64,000 bases of DNA from Deinococcales bacterium (GCA_031414595.1 JANNVX010000026.1:1-64000), one strand, 5' to 3'; shown: positions 47,914-58,117, counted from the first letter of the stretch. The notes: generated by a model from the sequence alone, not told the origin. Made by a program: numbers and translations.

Positions 47914-49640
47914 ACAAATTCTTGAGTGATGGTGTTGACTAATCCAAGGTCGGTTAATCGGTAAAAAGGAGCGACGGGCAGGGCTAAACTCGAGATGCAC
48001 AAAATTGGTGATGCGCCGCCCAGTCCGTGTTCTCGAGCCACGTTATTAAAGTTTTTGACTTCGGCAGCCACTTCTACAATACTTTTTTCGCTTAACAACC
48101 CAGCAATAACGAGCGGCACACTGGCTTTGATTTGTCCACTCGAGACCAGAACTGCCCCACCGTGCATGGCTTCTAGGGCTTTAACAGCCATGTGCATATC
48201 GCTTGGGTTTGTCCCCACAACAATTAAGTTATGGCTGTCGTGGCTAATGGTTGTGGCAAGAGCACCTTTTTGCAATCCCAAACCGCGCAGTAAACATAAA
48301 CTTGGGGCATGGCTTTGTCCATGCCGTGGCACGATACTTAAAAGCAGCAAGTCTTGGGGCAGTGGAAACTCGAGTAAGCCATTACGAAAAAACATTTCTT
48401 GGTTTGATAAAGTGGTGGTACGGTTTGCATCTATCTCGAGAATCGGTACGGTTGCCTGTCCAATCAAGCCTCTTTGTTTTGGAATAAAATCTGATGCTGT
48501 AATAACCCCGATTCGCACCGTGTTTTGTTTTGGGGCAGGTGTTTGTTGTGGTATTTCTGTCTCGAGTTTACCGTCTCGAGCAGCAATTTCCCCGTTGGTG
48601 ATGACCATTTTTGGCTGGGCATCAGTCAAATCTTCAAACAATAAAATATCAGCAAATCTTCCCGAAGCAATCGCCCCAAGCTGATGTAGCCCAAAGCGTG
48701 TAGCCGCATTCAGGGTCGCAATTTGGACAGCTTTGGCGGCTGGTACGCCGTTCTCGAGCAGGATTCGTAAACCACGGTTTAGGTGTCCATGGAGAATTAA
48801 ATCGCTCGGGTCAGTATCATCGGTGCAAAGTGCCACATTGACCGCATTTGGCACGGTTTTTAGGGCTTCGGCAAGAAAACCAACGGTGTGCCGAAAAGTG
48901 TTTTCTCTGCCATAAACCCACATCCCAGCCCTGATTTTCTCAAGCATTTCAGAAGTGCTACGGCATTCATGGTCTGAATTCACCCCTGCTGCCATGTACG
49001 CCGCGAGGTCATGCCCTGCAATCAGTGGCGCGTGACCCTCAAGTGCTTTACCAGAATCTAAGCCAGCTTCAACAATCGCTGCCGTTCGCGGGCGCTGGTG
49101 AATTACACCTTGGTAATCCATCAGTTCGGCAACGCCAATCACTCTTGGGTCACGCAGTAATTGGGTAATATCAGAGGCTTCAAAAGTCGCTCCTGCTGTC
49201 TCGAGGTGCGGCACAGATGGAACACTCGAGGGGACAGTCAGAAATACCCGTAAAGGCAGATTGGCACTGGCTTCTAGCATATAAGTAAAGCCTTCAAGTC
49301 CAAGGACATTACAAATTTCATGCGGGTCAATTACAACTGCGGTTGTGCCGAATGGCAGAACACCTCGAGCAAATTCTGCTGGGGTGACAAAACTGGATTC
49401 GATATGCACATGGGTGTCGATCAAACCGGGCGTGGCAATTAAACCGTCTGCCTCGAGAATAGTTTGAGCGCTTAAATTGAGCTTAGAACCATAATCCACG
49501 ATGGCAATTCGGTCTCCAAGAATCCCAATATCAGCTTTTAGAATCTCTAAAGTAAAAACATTAACCACTTGCGCCCCACGAATCAGCAAGTCGAGCGGCG
49601 CATCGCCTCGAGCCGCTTTGACGAGGGCAGCGCGGCTCAT
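47910..49640 (-). CDS. ade: Adenine deaminase
   Basis: PGLIDTHVHIESS, DPHEI.NV.G, SDHEC, CTDD, SHDSHN. Confidence 0.93.
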   Translation of the reverse strand: MSRAALVKAARGDAPLDLLIRGAQVVNVFTLEILKADIGILGDRIAIVDYGSKLNLSAQTILEADGLIATPGLIDTHVHIESSFVTPAEFARGVLPFGTTAVVIDPHEICNVLGLEGFTYMLEASANLPLRVFLTVPSSVPSVPHLETAGATFEASDITQLLRDPRVIGVAELMDYQGVIHQRPRTAAIVEAGLDSGKALEGHAPLIAGHDLAAYMAAGVNSDHECRSTSEMLEKIRAGMWVYGRENTFRHTVGFLAEALKTVPNAVNVALCTDDTDPSDLILHGHLNRGLRILLENGVPAAKAVQIATLNAATRFGLHQLGAIASGRFADILLFEDLTDAQPKMVITNGEIAARDGKLETEIPQQTPAPKQNTVRIGVITASDFIPKQRGLIGQATVPILEIDANRTTTLSNQEMFFRNGLLEFPLPQDLLLLSIVPRHGQSHAPSLCLLRGLGLQKGALATTISHDSHNLIVVGTNPSDMHMAVKALEAMHGGAVLVSSGQIKASVPLVIAGLLSEKSIVEVAAEVKNFNNVAREHGLGGASPILCISSLALPVAPFYRLTDLGLVNTITQEFV

Positions 49641-50551
49641 TGGGATAGCGCCCCCAGAATCAGTTCCATGACCGCTTCGCCATCCGCCTTGGTGGCAACT
49701 AGGGCGTTCGCCGTGGCTTTGGTGGGGACACGAAATTCGCAGATACTTGCACCAAGGCTGTGTGTTCCACTGGTTTCGATTTGCACAAAAGCTGGCTCGA
49801 GGATAAATAAATCTGGGCGAAGCAAATACACAATTGTTACTGAGTCGTGCAGAGGCATGATTTTACCCGCTCGGATTTGTAAGTAATGGGCGGTCATGTC
49901 TGCCAAAGCAACCGCGTGAACAGCTTTACTTTGACGCACTCGAGCCAGATGGTTTTCGGTCAACAGGACTTGGCGGGTCAGATTTAAGCCGAACATCGTG
50001 ATTTTAGCGCCACTGGAAAAGACAATTGCCGCCGCTTCGGGGTCGGCATAAAAATTGAATTCGGCAGCCGCCGTGTGATTGCCACGGTCACTCGAGCCAC
50101 CCATCAAAATAATTTCTTGGAACAATCCAGCCAAACGTGGCTCGAGCCGCATCGCAAGGGCAATGTTAGTCAGTGGTCCAATGGCGATTAGCGTGATTTG
50201 ATTGGGATGACTTAGAACCGTTTCAATCAGTTTAAGAACAGCGTGTCCACTCGAGACGATGCGGCTTGGCTCAGGTAATTTCGCGCCAATTGTGCCAAAT
50301 GCCCCAGCCCCAAGAACATTCTCGGCAGTCGTGCTTGGGTGCAGCAGCGCACGGTCACAACCTGCGTAAATCGGAGCTTCTATTTCAAAAGCATCGGCAA
50401 TGGTCAAGGTGTTGTGCAGGGTGCTTGCAAGTGGCGCGTTACCTGCTACCACACCAATTCCTTTAATTTCTAAAGTTGTCGCTCGAGATGCCACAACCAG
50501 CGTTACAAGGTCATCAAAACCGGGGTCGGTGTCAATCCAGATTTTACGCAT
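49637..50551 (-). CDS. Nucleoside hydrolase (IU-NH family)
   Basis: IDTDPGFDD, GPLTNIA, AEFNFYADPEAA, LHD. Confidence 0.92.
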   Translation of the reverse strand: MRKIWIDTDPGFDDLVTLVVASRATTLEIKGIGVVAGNAPLASTLHNTLTIADAFEIEAPIYAGCDRALLHPSTTAENVLGAGAFGTIGAKLPEPSRIVSSGHAVLKLIETVLSHPNQITLIAIGPLTNIALAMRLEPRLAGLFQEIILMGGSSDRGNHTAAAEFNFYADPEAAAIVFSSGAKITMFGLNLTRQVLLTENHLARVRQSKAVHAVALADMTAHYLQIRAGKIMPLHDSVTIVYLLRPDLFILEPAFVQIETSGTHSLGASICEFRVPTKATANALVATKADGEAVMELILGALSQ

Positions 50552-50552
50552 T

Positions 50553-51578
50553 TTACTCCTCGAGAAACACGGCTCGAGCCAAAGGTAAGCCAAAACCAAG
50601 GGTATCGTGTTCTTTCCAAATGGCTTTTTCGGATTCTATTGAAGCCCGAATCAAACCAAGTTCAGTCTCGAGTTGATACTCGACCCGTTGCCCTTCAAAA
50701 CTGCGGGTTAGAACCTTGCCAGTCCAAGTGTTACCGCCCAATTCAATACTTTCTGAACGCCAAGCTGCACGGTTAAATTTATTACTCAAGGCTCGAGGTA
50801 AGGCTTGTTCGATTTGCCCAATTTGCAGCCTATGCTCGAGAATTTTAATCGGTAAGATATTGTCAAAACCCACAAATCGAGCCGCAAAAACCGTGGCTGG
50901 CTGGTTATAAATCACTTCTGGGGTCGCCAGTTGTTCAATCCGCCCAGCGTTCATAATTGCTACGCGGTCAGCCAGTGCCAAGGCTTCGGCTTGGTCATGG
51001 GTGACATAGAGCATCGTCACACCCAATTGTTTTTGTAAACGCCGAATTTCTACCCGCATCTCGAGCCTAAGCCGTGCATCTAAGTTAGAAAGTGGTTCAT
51101 CAAGTAGCATCAACTGAGGACGAATCACAAAAGCCCGAGCCAGTGCCACCCGTTGTTGCTGCCCACCGCTTAATTGAGCCGGTAAACGCTGGTGGAAACT
51201 GCTTAAATCCACCGTCTCGAGGGCTTGGGTTACACGCTGCTCGAGTTCTTTTTGTTCAATCCGACGAATTCGCAAGCCAAACGCCACATTTTCAAAGACA
51301 CTCAAGTGCGGAAACAGGGCGTAACTCTGAAAAACCATGCCAATATCACGCCGATTGGCTGGAACTCTGGTAATCTCTTTTTCGCCAAGCCGAATCTGCC
51401 CCGAGACTGGCTCGAGCAAACCCGCTACAGCTTTCATGGTTGTGGTTTTGCCACAACCCGAGGGTCCGAGCAGCGCCAATAATTCACCGCTTTCCACCTC
51501 GAGATTAAGGTTCTGCACCGCGATTTGTTCTCGGGTGTACGACAAGGTAAGGTTGGTTAATTGTAGGGCTGTTTTCAC
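50553..51578 (-). CDS. ABC transporter ATPase (PotA-like)
   Basis: GPSGCGKTT, LSGGQQQR, LLDEP. Confidence 0.95.
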   Translation of the reverse strand: MKTALQLTNLTLSYTREQIAVQNLNLEVESGELLALLGPSGCGKTTTMKAVAGLLEPVSGQIRLGEKEITRVPANRRDIGMVFQSYALFPHLSVFENVAFGLRIRRIEQKELEQRVTQALETVDLSSFHQRLPAQLSGGQQQRVALARAFVIRPQLMLLDEPLSNLDARLRLEMRVEIRRLQKQLGVTMLYVTHDQAEALALADRVAIMNAGRIEQLATPEVIYNQPATVFAARFVGFDNILPIKILEHRLQIGQIEQALPRALSNKFNRAAWRSESIELGGNTWTGKVLTRSFEGQRVEYQLETELGLIRASIESEKAIWKEHDTLGFGLPLARAVFLEE

Positions 51579-51619
51579 ATGTACCTCAAAATCGTAAAAT
51601 CTAAGAAAAGAAGCAAGCT

Positions 51620-51830
51620 CTCACGCACTCCCCCCAGCGTTCTTGACCGCAAAAGCAGCACCTTCGGGCTTGGGTCGCCGGAGCGCTGACCCCCTCGTTG
51701 AGGGGGTTTTGGGCAGTGTTTTTTGGCTTTCTTGTCCCAAATCTGGAACGACACAACAAACCGAACAACCCTCTCCCGCGCTTTTTGGCGGGATGAGGGT
51801 AACGAGCTTCAAGCGAGTTGGGTGAGGGTT
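51620..51830. repeat. REP-like GC-rich palindromic insertion inside the ABC operon
   Basis: CCCCCTC..GAGGGGG hairpin and CCCTCTCCCGC..GCGGGATGAGGG..GGGTGAGGG motifs in a 325-bp gap between co-oriented genes. Confidence 0.55.
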
Positions 51831-51904
51831 GGATGGCGTTCTGAACGAATCACCTTCGAGCAATGGGTTTTTGCTGTTCTGTCTTTTTGCTGCCGTAAAT
51901 TGCT

Positions 51905-52678
51905 TCACACATACCTCGAGAGTCCAAGCAGTCGCTCGGTAATCACCACAAAGAAAATCGAAAAAAGAATCACCAACATGGATAACGCTGCAATACTTGG
52001 GTCATAGCTCGATTCCATGTGCAGCAGCATCCGAATGGGTAAGGTGGTGACTCCAGGTCCAGTTAAAAATAAGGAAACAGGGACATGATTAAATGAATTG
52101 ATAAATGCCAGTACCGTCGCCGCCGCCACGCCGCCGCGAACATTGGGCAGGACAACCCGCCAAAAGACTTGCCCTCGAGTCGCGCCTAAGCTCAAAGCAG
52201 CATCTTCGATGTCCCTTGGCAGATTGGCAAGGCTTGCGCCGACCACACGCACCGCGTAAGGCAGTACCAGTGCAGCATGTCCGACCAACAGTGCCAAATT
52301 GACCGAGCCATCTCGAATTAAGACGAATTGGCGCAGCAGTGCCACACCAATCACTAAGCCAGGAATGATCAGCGGGCTGGTCAGGGCGGTGCGTATCCAT
52401 TCGGTTTCTGGAAGGCGGTATCTCTGCAAGGCATAAGCGGCGGGGATACCAAGCAGCAAGGCAATAACCGTTGCACCAATCCCAAGCCATAGACTGGTCA
52501 CTAGACTCGAGGCAAAAGTTTCGGTTTGTAAGACACTTATAATCCAGCGCACTGAGTACGATTTAGGCGGGAAAATCAGGCTGTTGTCGTCCGAAAAAGC
52601 AGTCATAAAAACAATCGTGAACGGGGCAATTAAGAAAAAAAGCACCACTCCCAGCACATACACATTGGTATTTTTCAT
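51905..52678 (-). CDS. ABC permease (PotC-like)
   Basis: EAA-type loop IEDAALSLGA....FWRVVLP. Confidence 0.92.
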   Translation of the reverse strand: MKNTNVYVLGVVLFFLIAPFTIVFMTAFSDDNSLIFPPKSYSVRWIISVLQTETFASSLVTSLWLGIGATVIALLLGIPAAYALQRYRLPETEWIRTALTSPLIIPGLVIGVALLRQFVLIRDGSVNLALLVGHAALVLPYAVRVVGASLANLPRDIEDAALSLGATRGQVFWRVVLPNVRGGVAAATVLAFINSFNHVPVSLFLTGPGVTTLPIRMLLHMESSYDPSIAALSMLVILFSIFFVVITERLLGLSRYV

Positions 52679-53502
52679 GCTGCCCTCGAGCTTTTGCTTC
52701 TTAGGGCAGCATTGACTGCCAGTGTAGTCAGGAGCATCACTACCGAAATCACCGTGGTGGCGGCTTCATCTACCGTTACACTGGCTTTTTGGTACAGCAG
52801 TGTGGCTAACATCGTGACTCGAGGACCCCCCAAAAGTGCTGGAGTGACATACGCCGTGATACAACCAGTAAAGACCAATGTGCCACCGATGGCTAGTCCG
52901 TCCCTCGTCAGGGGCAGAATCACCCGCCAAAAGACTTGCCACCCATTTGCTCCGAGGCTTTTAGCGGCAGCTTGCACATCTCGAGGGAGGTTCTCGAGGG
53001 CGCTGGTTAAACTCAGTAACATCAGTGGCAGCATGAGTTGCAATAAGCCAATAAAAACTGCACTTTCGGTGTACAAAATCGGGATTGATTCGGTTAGTAA
53101 GCCACTTCCCACCAAAGTTTTATTCAGTAGTCCTTCGCGCCCCAAAACCACCAACCAAGCAAAAGAACGCGCCACTGGTGAAATCATCAAAGGCAAAATA
53201 ATTAAACCCGTCAGTAATCCACGGTATTTCGCCCCAAGCTGCATAATTGCCAGCGCAGCAGGATAACTGACCACGGCACTGACCAGTGTCACCAACAAAG
53301 CAATTCGCACCGTGCGCCAGTAGACCTCGAGATTGATTTCATCGGTCAAAAAAGTTTGGTAATTACTAAGCCCAATACTTGAACCGACCTTAAAACTCTC
53401 GAGCAGAAAAGCACCGACAGGATAGATAAAACCTATCAGCAAAAAAAGAACCGCAGGGAACAGTAACCACCATGCTCGAGAGCGATTTGTGTTGATGTTC
53501 AT
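52675..53502 (-). CDS. ABC permease (PotB-like)
   Basis: AA.SLGA.GWQVFWRVILPL, TPALLGG. Confidence 0.92.
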   Translation of the reverse strand: MNINTNRSRAWWLLFPAVLFLLIGFIYPVGAFLLESFKVGSSIGLSNYQTFLTDEINLEVYWRTVRIALLVTLVSAVVSYPAALAIMQLGAKYRGLLTGLIILPLMISPVARSFAWLVVLGREGLLNKTLVGSGLLTESIPILYTESAVFIGLLQLMLPLMLLSLTSALENLPRDVQAAAKSLGANGWQVFWRVILPLTRDGLAIGGTLVFTGCITAYVTPALLGGPRVTMLATLLYQKASVTVDEAATTVISVVMLLTTLAVNAALRSKSSRAA

Positions 53503-53611
53503 AGCCCACCTTAAAATGGTCATGGGGCGACTATGAAATCGCCCCGAAAAAACATATGGTTTACGAGAAATGCTCAGCTAGTAGCTAAAAACTAGCCGCT
53601 AGTCGCTTCTA

Positions 53612-54643
53612 TCACCGCGCAATTTCTTTGTTCCAACGGGCAATCCATTCGTCACGGACATTCAGTAAGTAACCAGCATCCAAAAAACGCATATTGGCAA
53701 ATTCGGCAATTGTGGTTAATTGTGCAGCTTTGGCGGGTTTCAGTTGCACAGTTTTATTGATTGGTGAGTCAACAAGGTCGTTGGCTTGGGCGGTCTGCAC
53801 CCCTTTGGAAATCATATAATTGATAAATTGATGGGCTAAATCCTCGTTTTTACTGCCTTTGACGATTGAAGCGGTGTTCATCAAGCCCACTTGACCTTCT
53901 TTGAGCCGCGCCCAAGCCAAGGGTTTACCTGTGTTCAGCATTGTTCCCCAAGCAAAACGCCCGATGGGTGCAACCCAAATTTCATCTTGAGCAAATAACG
54001 AAGCAACTTGCGAGGATTGATTATAAAAAGTCAAGACATTGGGTTTTAAGGCAGCCAATTGCTTAAAGCCAGGGTCAACATTGGTGTCTGTACCGCCGTA
54101 AGTGCGGTTGGTGGCAAAGACTACAGGAGGACCTTGGGTGGTGGTGATGTTTGGTAAAGCGATTCGCCCTTTGAGTTCTGGTCGCCATAAATCACGCCAC
54201 GATGTGATTGGCGTGCTGATTTTATCAGTGCGGTATGCCAAGCTGATGGTGTACGCCGTAAATGCCACACCATAGTTACTGCCAAGTGGGTTTTTAGCAA
54301 ATTCGTAAAGCTGGCTTAAGTTACTCAGTTTTCTGGCATCCAAAGGCTCGAGTAAATCTTGTTTAATGGCTGCCCGAGCAAAGTAATCGCCCAACAACGC
54401 CACATCTATATTTGGGTTATCTTTACGGGCAATCAGTTTAGCCAGTCGGTCAGCGTTATTGCCAACTTCATGCACCACTTTACAACCACAAATGGCTTCA
54501 AACGGGCGGGTGATGTTCTTATCAATCAGGGGTTGATTCAAGCCAAAACTCGAGACGGTTAAGGTACGGGTTTGACCCAATGCCAAGGATACAAACGCCC
54601 CCGCCAAAGCAGCACCCGTCAGGACAATACCAGATTTTTTCAT
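53612..54643 (-). CDS. ABC substrate-binding protein (PotD-like; likely purine/nucleoside uptake from context)
   Basis: Signal peptide, SW.DLW.PELKGRI, A..FINY. Confidence 0.88.
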   Translation of the reverse strand: MKKSGIVLTGAALAGAFVSLALGQTRTLTVSSFGLNQPLIDKNITRPFEAICGCKVVHEVGNNADRLAKLIARKDNPNIDVALLGDYFARAAIKQDLLEPLDARKLSNLSQLYEFAKNPLGSNYGVAFTAYTISLAYRTDKISTPITSWRDLWRPELKGRIALPNITTTQGPPVVFATNRTYGGTDTNVDPGFKQLAALKPNVLTFYNQSSQVASLFAQDEIWVAPIGRFAWGTMLNTGKPLAWARLKEGQVGLMNTASIVKGSKNEDLAHQFINYMISKGVQTAQANDLVDSPINKTVQLKPAKAAQLTTIAEFANMRFLDAGYLLNVRDEWIARWNKEIAR

Positions 54644-54697
54644 GATTCTCTCCTCGAGAATGGCGTTGTTTTTAGCAACCCCAATATCCTCGCTTGA

Positions 54698-54756
54698 ACT
54701 ATAACCATCTCTTAGAGGTCTGGTCAAACTAAACCCGTTACAGGTCTGGTCAAACT
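54698..54756 (-). promoter_or_regulatory. Promoter of the ABC/salvage operon with tandem 15-bp operator-like repeat
   Basis: AGGTCTGGTCAAACT at 54716-54730 and 54742-54756; minus strand reads TTGACC-18-TATAGT. Confidence 0.6.
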
Positions 54757-54760
54757 GAAC

Positions 54761-54991
54761 TTAGAGCCTCCGAAAGGTCTTAAATTTTTAGAAAAACAGG
54801 GCGAACACGGGGGTTCGCCCCTACCTCACGCATTTTTATGCCATGACTGTAGGGACAGGCGACCATGCCCGTCAGCGCACCTGCCCGTCAGGTGCGCGTA
54901 TAGGTTCAAGACAGGTGCGCGTTTATGGTCAAGACACCCCTGTGTCTGTCCTGTAACCAACGATGAAATGGCATTCTTTCGGAGGCTCTAA
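54761..54991. mobile_element. MITE-like element with 16-bp perfect terminal IRs and internal REP hairpins
   Basis: TTAGAGCCTCCGAAAG (54761-54776) / CTTTCGGAGGCTCTAA (54976-54991); internal GGGCGAAC..GTTCGCCCCTAC and GTAGGGAC. Confidence 0.7.
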
Positions 54992-55127
54992 ACATAACAT
55001 GAGTCAAGTTTATTTACACTCAGTACATGTTAAAAAAACCACTGGCAAACAAATTAAAAAAGGCTAAACTAAGTACAAATACCAAGACGCATTCTTTGTC
55101 TTGGGTTTAGCGTGAGGAGCATTTTCG

Positions 55128-56411
55128 ATGAAGTATGCAGCAAAAACCCGATTTGCTTTTCGCCCAACCCAATGGCTGGTTGGTATTCTGTTTTTATTGG
55201 GGGTAGCCGCTTTTTCCAGCCAAGTTGCTCAAAATACACCTTGGACTCCCCAAGAGTTAAAAAAAATTCAGGGTTTATGGCTTGGGAATTTGCCAAAACC
55301 ACCCAAAGATGGCTCGAATAAATTTGAGAATCTGCCAGAAGCCGTAGAATTTGGTAGGGTCTTATTTTTTGACAAACAACTCAGTGGTAACCAAGATGTG
55401 TCCTGCTCGAGTTGCCATAATCCAGAAAAAAAATTTAGCGATGACCAAAAGTTTTCTGAGGGCATGGGTTTAGCCACCCGTCACACCCCAAGTATTATTG
55501 GCGCAGCCTACAGCCCCTACCAGTTTTGGGATGGTCGTGCTGATTCGCTCTGGGCGCAAGCCTTGGGTCCGCTCGAGAATCCTGTCGAACACGGTATAGA
55601 CCGCACCCAATTGGTTCGTACTGTCTGGCGTTTATACCCCAAAGAATACCAGCGCTTATTTGCCAGCCCCACCGATTTTAATAACCCTGAGCGCTTCCCA
55701 GAACATGCCAGTCCAATTGGTAACGATGAAGCCCAAGGAAATTGGCAAAAAATGGCAAGCCAAGACCAAGAAAGTATCAATCGGGCTTTTAGCAACATTG
55801 GTAAAGCCCTCGCTGCTTTTGTCCGCACGATCAAACCACAAGTCACCCCTTTTGATTTGTATGCCGAATCGTTAATCACAGGTAAAAATCCTGAAATCAG
55901 ACCAAGCGAAGATGAACTGGCGGGCTTGCGCCTCTTTATTGGCAAAGCCAATTGTATTGCTTGTCATGGCAGTCCACTTTTTTCGGATCAGCAATTTCAT
56001 AACACGGGTACTCCCGATGCTACTCGAGACTTAGGGCGTTTTGACGGACTAAAGCAAGTGCTGCAAAACGAATTTAATTGTCGTTCGGTCTACAGCGATT
56101 CGCCAGCCGACCAGTGCCTGACTTTAGCCCAAGCCGAGCTTGATATGCTCGAGTCTGGCGCAACCGCAAGTAAAGACAATAAAAATGTGGCTGCCTTCAA
56201 AACCCCAAGTTTACGCAATGTGATGCTGACCATGCCTTTAATGCACAACGGACAATTTAAGAACTTAAAACAAGTCTTAGAGCATTACAACCAAGCCCCC
56301 AATAGCCAAATGGGGACTTCGGAATTAAAACCTTTGCGCTTAAACCCGACTGAACTTGCCCAACTTCAACGTTTCCTCGAGACCTTAACCGAAATTGAAG
56401 GGCTGCGCTAA
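55128..56411 (+). CDS. Di-heme cytochrome c peroxidase (CcP/MauG family)
   Basis: GR.LFFD..LS, CSSCH, FWDGRADSLW.QA.GP, CIACH, FKTPSLRNV, MHNG. Confidence 0.92.
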   Translation: MKYAAKTRFAFRPTQWLVGILFLLGVAAFSSQVAQNTPWTPQELKKIQGLWLGNLPKPPKDGSNKFENLPEAVEFGRVLFFDKQLSGNQDVSCSSCHNPEKKFSDDQKFSEGMGLATRHTPSIIGAAYSPYQFWDGRADSLWAQALGPLENPVEHGIDRTQLVRTVWRLYPKEYQRLFASPTDFNNPERFPEHASPIGNDEAQGNWQKMASQDQESINRAFSNIGKALAAFVRTIKPQVTPFDLYAESLITGKNPEIRPSEDELAGLRLFIGKANCIACHGSPLFSDQQFHNTGTPDATRDLGRFDGLKQVLQNEFNCRSVYSDSPADQCLTLAQAELDMLESGATASKDNKNVAAFKTPSLRNVMLTMPLMHNGQFKNLKQVLEHYNQAPNSQMGTSELKPLRLNPTELAQLQRFLETLTEIEGLR

Positions 56412-57646
56412 ATAAAGCGCTTAAAGACCGCCACGGCATTCTGCCCACCAAAGGCATTGGAGTTGGAAATGGCGTACTCGACTTGTTGTTCTCGTGGTGT
56501 ATTTGGAATGTAATCCAAGTCAAGTTCTGGGTCTGGGTCTATGTAATTGATGGTTGGTGGCAAAATACCCGTGTATAAGGCTTGCATCGTGGCAATTGCC
56601 TCGACTGCGCCAGCCGCACCCAACAAATGCCCAGTCATGGATTTGGTGCTGCTGGTCGCCAATTTTTTGGCATGGTCGCCAAACACAACTTTAACCCCTT
56701 GGGTTTCGGCGAGGTCATTCATTGGGGTACTTGTGCCATGCAGATTGGCATAACCGATTTGCTCAGGGTTGACTTTGGCATTCTTCAGGGCGCGTTCAAT
56801 CGCCATCACATACCCACGCCCTTCGGGGGCTGGGGCAGTGATATGAAAGGCATCGGCGGCAAGTCCAGCCCCGAGCATCTCGCCGTAAATTCTTGCACCA
56901 CGAGCCAGCGCGTGTTCTAGGGTCTCGAGAATCAGAATCCCCGAGCCTTCACCCATCACAAAACCATCTCTGGACTTGGTGAACGGACGACTGGCGGTGG
57001 CAGGGTCGTCGTTGCGGGTAGATAACGCCCCCATGTTGCCAAACGCGCCTATCGAAAGCGGTGTGACCGAGGCTTCTGAACCGCCAACAATCATCACTTG
57101 GCAGTCACCACGGTTGAGAAAGTGGTAGGCATCATGCAGGGCTACAGTGCTGGTGCTACAAGCCGTAACAATACTGCTCGAGACTCCGGTGCTGCCGTAC
57201 CGAATAGCGACTTGCCCGGTTGCCATATTGGCAATCATCATCGGAATAAAAAATGGGCTGAGGCGGTCTGCCCCACGTTCGACCATGAGGCGGGTTTGAT
57301 TTTCGAAGGTTTCCATGCCGCCGATGCCCGTACCGATGAGCGTACCGACTTCAGACCCCTCGAGTTGCGATAATTCTAGCCCAGCATCCAAACGCGCCAG
57401 TTCTGCCGCCACAAGGGTTAATTGCACATACCTGTCCATGCGTTTGAGTTCTCGGGCATCCAAACCATAATCGGCAAAGTTAATATCCACTTCGGCAGCG
57501 AAATGACAGCGTAACTTGCTGGTATCAAACTTTGTGATGTTCCGCACGCCACTTTTACCCTGTAGTTGCGCTTGATGAAAAGCCTCTGCCCCAATACCAA
57601 TAGCGGTGACAGGTCCAAGTCCAGTAATGACAACACGATGAGCCAT
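56408..57646 (-). CDS. fabF: Beta-ketoacyl-ACP synthase II
   Basis: RVVITGLG, TAC, HGTSTP.ND, KSMTGHLLGAAG, FGG.N. Confidence 0.96.
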   Translation of the reverse strand: MAHRVVITGLGPVTAIGIGAEAFHQAQLQGKSGVRNITKFDTSKLRCHFAAEVDINFADYGLDARELKRMDRYVQLTLVAAELARLDAGLELSQLEGSEVGTLIGTGIGGMETFENQTRLMVERGADRLSPFFIPMMIANMATGQVAIRYGSTGVSSSIVTACSTSTVALHDAYHFLNRGDCQVMIVGGSEASVTPLSIGAFGNMGALSTRNDDPATASRPFTKSRDGFVMGEGSGILILETLEHALARGARIYGEMLGAGLAADAFHITAPAPEGRGYVMAIERALKNAKVNPEQIGYANLHGTSTPMNDLAETQGVKVVFGDHAKKLATSSTKSMTGHLLGAAGAVEAIATMQALYTGILPPTINYIDPDPELDLDYIPNTPREQQVEYAISNSNAFGGQNAVAVFKRFI

Positions 57647-57697
57647 GTAAAAGAGTCTACCTGAAACCAGCAAAAAAACAAAAGCACCTTAGAAATT

Positions 57698-57726
57698 TTG
57701 ACAACACTACGTCAAAGGCGTATACT
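57698..57726 (+). promoter_or_regulatory. TA-operon promoter with palindromic operator
   Basis: TTGACA-17-TATACT; TACGTCAAAGGCGTA (57708-57722). Confidence 0.75.
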
Positions 57727-57732
57727 TGTCTT

Positions 57733-57798
57733 GTGCGTTTAACATTTATCCAAACACTTGAATTTGCTAAACAAGCCGAAAAATTCTTGCCCAAATAG
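57733..57798 (+). pseudogene. Remnant of a RelE/HigB-type toxin gene
   Basis: Leaderless GTG; MRLTFIQTLEFAKQAEKFLPK* resembles RelE/HigB2 N-termini; lies directly upstream of an HTH antitoxin. Confidence 0.6.
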
Positions 57799-57811
57799 CC
57801 AAGGAGTTAAA

Positions 57812-58117
57812 ATGAAAAAAAAATACATGAATGACGAGGATTTCTCGAGTCTAAAACGAAGTCTTGAACAAGCTGTCGCTATTTCACGCGGCGAACTAGC
57901 AGCTGCTCGAGCCACCACCTTAGAAACCCCAGATGTCCGCGAAGCCCGCAACCAACTCAAACTCCCTCGAGCCGAATTTGCCCGAATCATGGGTGTCTCA
58001 CCACGCACCGTTGAAGGCTGGGAACAAGGACGCAGACAACCCAAAGGCGCGGTCAGTGTGTTGTTGCGCCTTGCTTTATCGCACCCACAAATTGTGCAAC
58101 AAGCCTTGCAAAATTAG
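57812..58117 (+). CDS. XRE/HTH antitoxin (HigA2-like)
   Basis: DVREAR....EFA..MGVS.RTVEGWEQGRRQP.G; SD AAGGAG. Confidence 0.88.
   Translation: MKKKYMNDEDFSSLKRSLEQAVAISRGELAAARATTLETPDVREARNQLKLPRAEFARIMGVSPRTVEGWEQGRRQPKGAVSVLLRLALSHPQIVQQALQN

Noticed and set aside
47995-48684. Long antisense ORFs (this one, 15836-16462, 52694-53266 and similar)
   Set aside because: Shadow frames of well-supported genes on the opposite strand.
51621-51908. 95-aa ORF within the ABC operon
   Set aside because: Overlies REP-like palindromes and has no protein-like features, although the GTG/stop overlap means translation cannot be fully excluded.
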